Source of the DNA: Deltaproteobacteria bacterium | Lineage (GTDB): Bacteria > Desulfobacterota > Desulfomonilia > UBA1062 | DNA: 64,000 nt | Reading direction: 5' to 3' | Assembly (NCBI GenBank): GCA_018434685.1 | Contig: JAHDOV010000004.1 | Coordinates: 348,808 to 412,807, forward strand | Part shown: piece after piece, positions 59,296 through 64,000 of the stretch | Position numbering within the stretch: the stretch's first letter is position 1 | How the letters are laid out: the number at the start of each line of letters is the position of its first letter | Notes under the pieces: generated by a model | Databases searched by the model: none | Told to the model about the DNA's origin: nothing | What the model saw: only the letters and a program-made list of their open reading frames with translations | Position numbers and translations under genes: made by a program

Positions 59296-61692
59296 TCATG
59301 TTTCAAAGCCTTCTTTATCTCTTTCCGATCTTTTGCTGGTAAGCTTTCTCCTGCGCTTTTTTCTCTCTGCGTCACTCCACTCAGACCACGAAGGGAGGTT
59401 AAGATAGAGTTGTAGAGTGGCGTCGGCAAGCAAATTGAGTTCTCTCAAATCATAATCGCGCTCACTATAGCGATCGTACAAACCACCTTTATCTTTCCAA
59501 GCCTCTCCGATACTATGGGAAAAAAGTTCCATGCCCGTCAACACAATAACATGGCTGCTCACTTTTCTATTCAATCTTTTCCTTCGTTCAGAAAGTGCCA
59601 GATTTCGTATCATCTTTACTTCTGATTCCTCTAATGCATTGTTGAGCGTTGCGAAGACCAGCGCAGCTCCAGGAAAAGCAACGGCCAAGTCCTTCATTCG
59701 GTCTATGTCCTTGCGTTCGAATTTATTGAAACTCTTACACTCTGCATGAACGATGTAGGTCCCCTTCTTGCGCCATGTAGATGGCTTGTATAGGCAGGTG
59801 AAATCTGCCTCTAAACGTTTCCCGTCTTTCTCCGCTATATAACTAAAAAGAGGAGTGACAAAACGATCAAAATCACCACCCAATAGCCTGAGAGTAAGCA
59901 GAACCGTAAAAGCTCCTTGGGCAACGGACCCTGCGAAGGGACCATGAGCCCGGTATGTCCATTGAATATTTTTAGGAGACTTCAGTGGTGGTGAGTAGTC
60001 AGAGAGACAGAAACGACAGCGTAGTTCATAGTCGAGCTCATTTAGTTGATACCAATTGTAGCGCGTACACACAGGACATTGAACTTTAGCCCCTAACCTC
60101 AAGGCGTTTACGGACAGCAATCCTTCCAGAAAGCGTTCAGCATCGTAGAATAGTCCGTCTGACTGGATAACTTGTTTAAGCTTCGCTACGACCGCCTGGT
60201 AAGGTTTTCCAGCTTCTTTCTCCAACTCCCCAAGCAACTCTACAACGCCATAGTGGGCGAGTTGCGAAATGCCGTAAACACCGCCGAGCTGCTTCAAAAG
60301 CTGTTTTGCGATTCTTCCAGGTCCAGATAAGGATACTTTCCAACCTCGTTCTCGAAACCAATGGGTCATGACTTTCTCAGATCGAGGTAGGTCGAGGAAT
60401 ATCAAATCCCTGTAATTGTGTGCTAAAAAAACAGGGCCAAATTTCGAAAATCGCCAATTGAAGTAACCTAGGTTTCCTATTGCTGAGGACAATTCTCGGC
60501 TTCCTTCAGGAAAAACCTCGGCTAGGGGCTCCTTTGATGTGAAAAATCGAAAGCTGAATTCGTTGGCAAATTTAGGTTTGCCTGAGTAATCTTGAAATAC
60601 GTCGATTTCCGGATCTTGCGACCGCAGCTCCAGTCTCTCCTCGCCCTCAGTGATTCTTCGCTCCTCCTCGTAGGCAAAGGGAAAAGCGATGTCCTCGCCG
60701 GGCACGTTGTCGCGCGCCCAGGCATCCCATAAGCGAGGATACCACCACTGAAGTAGGTACTGATCAGGTTTCGGGATATTTAGCGAGTGGCAAAAATCTT
60801 TGACCAAATCCTCTGAAAGCGAACGGGACCTCTGGACTGTGGTGTGGTAAAACATTTCAGGATTGTGCCTATAAGGCTGATAATTTTTTTCGATGAAGTT
60901 CAAGGCAAATGCCTTTACGCTGGCCATGTTCGCGACCTGGATGGGGATCGGAATCACATTGACGCCTGCAGCTCGCAGATTCCAGTAGTCGATTACGTCT
61001 TGGGCACTTGTTGCGTCGCAAACGAACAAAGTGGGGTTGCGAAGAGGTTTTTCCTGTAATGCCCAAGAGCTTAACCTTCGAGGAAATAGGTTAGGTGACT
61101 TCAGAATGTCAAGAAGCTTGCTCAGAGTTACTTGGCTTTTTGAAATGCCCGGATGGGTAAGGAAATGCTCGTCGATGATCTTCTGGGCTGTCTTCGGAAG
61201 CACGCCAAAGACACTTGCTAAGAAGAGACGGTAGGCTCGCGGTAATTCAAGAAAAATGACCTGGAGATCATCATTTCTCTTGTATTTCAGCTCTTTCTTG
61301 ATGAAATCATTCAGTAAATCGATCAACCCGATGCCGTATGTGGGGGTTACTGAGTTTTCTAAAGCTCCAATCAATTCATCAGCGTTAATGATGTCTCGAT
61401 TACCCACCTGAAACACACGATTTGCGCAACTACCAATGGGTACCACCAGATCGGGGTCAAACCCGGTTAAGTATCCTTCAACAATCTCCGAAGGAAGTGG
61501 AAGATGCCGAACACGATGAGCCTCCCATTTGACAGGAGTACGACGGTAAACCGGAATTATTGGATTATAACTTCCACCCCAAAGGAAAGTGCTGAGTTCG
61601 ATAGCGCGGAAAAGCCCCACACGATCTGCGGGATCAACCAGAAATCCCACTCTTAAGGGTCGTACTTTAATGTTTATGTTTCCCGAAGCCAC
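59296..61692 (-). CDS. large uncharacterised protein (798 aa) with zinc ribbon and putative PD-(D/E)xK nuclease-like C-terminal motif; candidate defence/mobile-element protein
   Basis: GTG start at 61690-61692. C-x2-C-x17-C-x2-C (CPVCTRYNWYQLNELDYELRCRFC). D...ExK candidate (EADFTCLYK...TYIVHAECKSF). Lower GC than the flanking genes. No similarity to any family I recognise. Confidence 0.6.
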   Translation of the reverse strand: MASGNINIKVRPLRVGFLVDPADRVGLFRAIELSTFLWGGSYNPIIPVYRRTPVKWEAHRVRHLPLPSEIVEGYLTGFDPDLVVPIGSCANRVFQVGNRDIINADELIGALENSVTPTYGIGLIDLLNDFIKKELKYKRNDDLQVIFLELPRAYRLFLASVFGVLPKTAQKIIDEHFLTHPGISKSQVTLSKLLDILKSPNLFPRRLSSWALQEKPLRNPTLFVCDATSAQDVIDYWNLRAAGVNVIPIPIQVANMASVKAFALNFIEKNYQPYRHNPEMFYHTTVQRSRSLSEDLVKDFCHSLNIPKPDQYLLQWWYPRLWDAWARDNVPGEDIAFPFAYEEERRITEGEERLELRSQDPEIDVFQDYSGKPKFANEFSFRFFTSKEPLAEVFPEGSRELSSAIGNLGYFNWRFSKFGPVFLAHNYRDLIFLDLPRSEKVMTHWFRERGWKVSLSGPGRIAKQLLKQLGGVYGISQLAHYGVVELLGELEKEAGKPYQAVVAKLKQVIQSDGLFYDAERFLEGLLSVNALRLGAKVQCPVCTRYNWYQLNELDYELRCRFCLSDYSPPLKSPKNIQWTYRAHGPFAGSVAQGAFTVLLTLRLLGGDFDRFVTPLFSYIAEKDGKRLEADFTCLYKPSTWRKKGTYIVHAECKSFNKFERKDIDRMKDLAVAFPGAALVFATLNNALEESEVKMIRNLALSERRKRLNRKVSSHVIVLTGMELFSHSIGEAWKDKGGLYDRYSERDYDLRELNLLADATLQLYLNLPSWSEWSDAERKKRRRKLTSKRSERDKEGFET

Positions 61693-61841
61693 ATTCTCTC
61701 ATCTTTCTGATTATTGAAATGCTCATAAAGCCAGGTGGTAATCCTGGACTAACATATTCAAGGACCCGACGTAGGCATAAGCAGCACAAGCGCATCCCGC
61801 GTTGATCTGCTTGCATTTGATCGGCCTTTTAAAAAACCCAT

Positions 61842-61880
61842 TCAGGCGGGGCGAGGGGGGAATCGAACCCCCCGCGCTTA
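61842..61880 (-). other. tRNA 3'-half-like fragment (T-arm GGGGG-TTCGATT-CCCCC plus acceptor 3' strand); no complete cloverleaf
   Basis: Minus-strand sequence gcgcGGGGGGTTCGATTCCCCCCCTCGCCCCgcc. No plausible 5' acceptor partner sits within tRNA distance (nearest is about 117 nt upstream). Confidence 0.4.
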
Positions 61881-62153
61881 CTCCCATATATAAAAGGTGA
61901 AAGTCACAGCAACTCATCCGTTCCCCTGTAGGGTTGTAGATCGCCCCAGCAGCGCTCCCCCCGCCACTACACAAATCAATTTGATAGTTGTTCCCATTTT
62001 GACCTCCATTCTCGTCTTAATCTCAATAGCTAAGCTCCCAACTATTTGGATTAATAACGATAGGCCCAATATGAACCCAACTAGGAACACATATGATTCG
62101 ATGTAACTGACACCTATACATGGGCATCCTTTACATAATTCAGATAAATAACT

Positions 62154-62393
62154 TTATTCTCTTGGGAGTAGATCTTTTGCATTCCGGGATGGAATAGGCA
62201 GCCCTTTTTCTTTCAGGTGATCAATAAGACGCTGCTCATAAGGCGGAGCCCAGCCATCCCAGTTACCCTCATAACAAGACATGCAGACAGAAATGTTATA
62301 ACTCTTAATGTATCTTCCATCATACACATGTGGGCCCATTTGAAATTGCCCATCACAAATAAAACATTTATCCATGAACTTCTTTTCAGACAT
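62154..62393 (-). CDS. small zinc-ribbon protein (79 aa) in a very AT-rich segment
   Basis: Internal start MSEKKFMDKCFICDG...CMSCYEG (two CxxC pairs) with GGAGGA RBS 5 nt upstream. Surrounding 61.98-62.70 kb is conspicuously AT-rich. Confidence 0.5.
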   Translation of the reverse strand: MSEKKFMDKCFICDGQFQMGPHVYDGRYIKSYNISVCMSCYEGNWDGWAPPYEQRLIDHLKEKGLPIPSRNAKDLLPRE

Positions 62394-62710
62394 GTGTCCT
62401 CCAATGCCTAAATGCAGAAAGATACTATGCAGATAAAAAGGTTGCATATGGGCTGTTAGCTAAGCAAATGCAGATATAAAACAACAAGCTCATAACACCT
62501 TTCAATAAATTCAATTAATCTTAATATTATATCATTATCTGCAAATTAATGTCCATATGTTTCCTCAACGGCATAAAGTAGAAGATTATAGATCCCGTGC
62601 CAATATGTTCCATAACCCAAGAATGCACATAATCATTAGAGACCTATTGCCTCTCTTGGTGATATGTTTTGAGAGATCATAGCTGAATAACTCAGCACCA
62701 GAACCAATTC

Positions 62711-62908
62711 CCCCTTGAAGCCGGCGAGGGAGTGCAGGAAAAATCCGAAAGACGAGCAATTTTGTCTGAGCGGAATGAAATGGAGCGAGTTTAATTGCGA
62801 GCGGATTTTTCCTGTGCGAGTGAGCGTACTCCGCTGGAAGCGGAGCGGCTTCGCGGGGGTGCATTTCTTTGGTTACTTTCTTTCGTGCAAGCAAAGAAAG
62901 TAACATAA
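62711..62908 (-). repeat. about 190-bp structured repeat, right copy (inverted)
   Basis: Reverse complement aligns with 58895-59086. The stems are maintained by compensatory changes (CAGGAAAAATCCG...CGGATTTTTCCTG; CTCCGC-ttcca-GCGGAG). The listed ORF 62586-62906 is an artefact. Confidence 0.8.
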
Positions 62909-63011
62909 ATACATATAGATAGAATCAAGCTATCGATTAAATAGGCCCTTTAGTAAAGTGACATAGGTAACACTCTAAAAAAATAGATTTGAAAGAACAC
63001 CCTCCTATGGG

Positions 63012-63047
63012 AAATAAAAAAGGGGACCTTGTTGAAAGGCCCCCTTG
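63012..63047 (-). terminator. probable terminator hairpin downstream of the CsgG-like lipoprotein gene
   Basis: gaaataaaaaa-GGGGACCTTgttgAAAGGCCCCC; on the minus strand the hairpin is followed by TTTTTTATTTC. Confidence 0.45.
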
Positions 63048-63134
63048 TGTTCTTCAAATGCTCTACTAAGGTTTATCTACAAATCTTCTTCTACGAAAGG
63101 CCCCTATGCCTCCATATTAAACAACCCATTGTGT

Positions 63135-63626
63135 TCAGAACAACTCCAGTGCCGCACCCCTGGCCGCATCGAGCCAGGCCGATATCCCGGTCTCCGTTGT
63201 GGTCTTCTGCGCCGCACGCACGATCTTGCCGGTGCTGACATCCACGAGCCGCAGGTCGATGCGCATGGTCTCGCCGAGCACCTGAAAGGCACCGAACACC
63301 ATCTGCTGTGCCCCTGCCATCTTTCCGATTCGGAGCCTGGTGTTCTCGTCTGCAAGGTCCGACGATCCGAGGTTCAGCTCCTCGAGCACGAGGAGCAGTT
63401 GCTGGCGTTCCACCACCTGGTACGATCCTTTGTCACTGATCGTCTCCATCACCCCGGAGGTGAGGATCTGCCCCAGGGCCTCTCGGGAAGAGTCATCGTA
63501 ACTCAGATTCTCCAGATCCCAGACAGCGATGGTAGCCGGGCCGGTCTGCGTCGGGGTTGTTGCACACCCTGAAAACAGGATCAGGAAGACCAAGGAGGTC
63601 CAGAACAAAGCGCGCTTTGAGAGCAT
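63135..63626 (-). CDS. CsgG/LpoB-like lipoprotein
   Basis: Internal start MLSKRALFWTSLVFLILFSGC (lipobox) with AGGGATAAGGG RBS. IAVWDLENLS...VVERQQLLLVLEELNLGSSDL pattern like the 53475 gene. Confidence 0.6.
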   Translation of the reverse strand: MLSKRALFWTSLVFLILFSGCATTPTQTGPATIAVWDLENLSYDDSSREALGQILTSGVMETISDKGSYQVVERQQLLLVLEELNLGSSDLADENTRLRIGKMAGAQQMVFGAFQVLGETMRIDLRLVDVSTGKIVRAAQKTTTETGISAWLDAARGAALELF

Positions 63627-63630
63627 ACCC

Positions 63631-64000
63631 TTATCCCTCAGTGAGCGTCTTGTCGATCTTTTCCACTGCCTTGTCATCACGCTTGAGGGGCCGCTCCTGG
63701 TCGATTATCCTGCAGTAGGAAAGGTCCGGTTCAACGATTGTTACCTCGAGCCCGGCAATGTTCTTCGCTGCCTGCTGAAGTTTCTTTCCCTTGTATTCGA
63801 TGGGCTCCTGTTCTTCGATAACCCCGAATCTGCTGCCCATGACCACCCCCTGGTTTGATCCGAGGTTGATCATGACCTTGTCTCCGGTCACATTCACCAC
63901 ATAGGCCTGCAGGGGGTAGGTCGTCATGACCGTCGTGAGGATTTCCCTGTTGAGCTTGTGAAGATCTTTCTTCAGCGTGGCATCGGTGCTTAATTCCCGG
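63631..64000 (-). CDS. partial CDS (C-terminal part; gene continues beyond window end), hypothetical periplasmic protein
   Basis: Frame open from 64000 to the stop at 63631. The ORF-track start at 63927 is only the first in-window ATG. Ends 4 nt before the lipoprotein start. Confidence 0.5.
   Translation of the reverse strand, partial: RELSTDATLKKDLHKLNREILTTVMTTYPLQAYVVNVTGDKVMINLGSNQGVVMGSRFGVIEEQEPIEYKGKKLQQAAKNIAGLEVTIVEPDLSYCRIIDQERPLKRDDKAVEKIDKTLTEG

Noticed and set aside
61723-61974. 83-aa ORF.
   Set aside because: It overlaps the tRNA-like fragment and an AT/GC transition. The translation is Cys/Gly/Ala low-complexity with no start context.
61842-61980. Possible complete tRNA gene on the minus strand.
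   Set aside because: The T-arm and acceptor 3' strand are present, but the only complementary 5' acceptor candidate is about 117 nt upstream and no D-arm or anticodon arm can be drawn. I treat it as a fragment.

Overview
This is a high-GC (about 58-60% by eye), gene-dense window from an anaerobe of Desulfobacterota (deltaproteobacterial) type. It mixes housekeeping operons with accessory loci and was read by eye, without database searches.

Left to right:
- 1-5.1 kb, minus strand: a partial Fe-S protein gene that runs off the window start and is not in the ORF track, then a Zn-dependent alcohol dehydrogenase, a cytoplasmic molybdopterin (DMSO-reductase family) oxidoreductase and a GntR regulator.
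- 5.2-7.5 kb: an outer-membrane beta-barrel protein and an ArnT/PMT-like membrane glycosyltransferase.
- 7.7-12.0 kb, minus strand: a co-directional run of cstA, a small membrane protein, a 98-aa protein translationally coupled to a single-domain ArsA/GET3-like ATPase, and a YgbA-family Cys-rich protein.
- 12.1-14.2 kb: psiE-like gene, a secreted hypothetical and a PaaI thioesterase.
- 14.4-21.2 kb: a beta-oxidation operon (acyl-CoA ligase, acyl-CoA dehydrogenase, FadI-like thiolase, FadJ-like multifunctional enzyme) followed by a GntR/FadR regulator.
- 22.3-26.7 kb: a DUF484/GAF-GGDEF protein with a degenerate AGDEF motif, a DUF1846 protein and an S1-domain protein.
- 26.9-34.7 kb: phenylacetate-CoA ligase, the pgk-tpiA-secG operon, an EcsC-like protein, and an ACT-domain protein next to a four-subunit 2-oxoacid:ferredoxin oxidoreductase (likely an arylpyruvate/arylacetate module).
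- 34.9-39.1 kb: a sigma-32-type promoter, three tandem Hsp20 genes and clpB.
- 39.3-45.2 kb: an alpha/beta hydrolase, a SAM hydroxide adenosyltransferase-family protein, yggS, and an NrpR-like regulator directly upstream of gdhA with a perfect palindrome in its promoter region.
- 45.4-52.9 kb, minus strand: a GntR-regulated glycyl-radical-enzyme locus. It holds two paralogous PFL2-type GREs and one activase. A tandem PNPOx-like split-barrel protein sits between the activase and the second GRE, which carries an apparent 1-nt frameshift.
- 53.5-58.8 kb: a surface locus made of a CsgG/LpoB-like TPR protein, a 1083-aa Pmp-like beta-helix protein built on about 97%-identical 603-bp tandem repeats, and an outer-membrane barrel.
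- 58.8-63.1 kb: the most unusual segment, a visibly AT-rich island flanked by about 190-bp inverted structured repeats whose stems keep pairing through compensatory changes. It carries a 798-aa uncharacterised protein (zinc ribbon plus a PD-(D/E)xK-like motif), a tRNA 3'-half-like fragment and a 79-aa zinc-ribbon protein. I regard this as a candidate novel mobile or defence element.
- After the island: another CsgG-like lipoprotein and a partial CDS running off the window end.

No rRNA gene, intact tRNA gene, CRISPR array, transposase or integrase was recognised. Many long ORFs in the track are antisense artefacts of the high GC content and are listed under rejected items.
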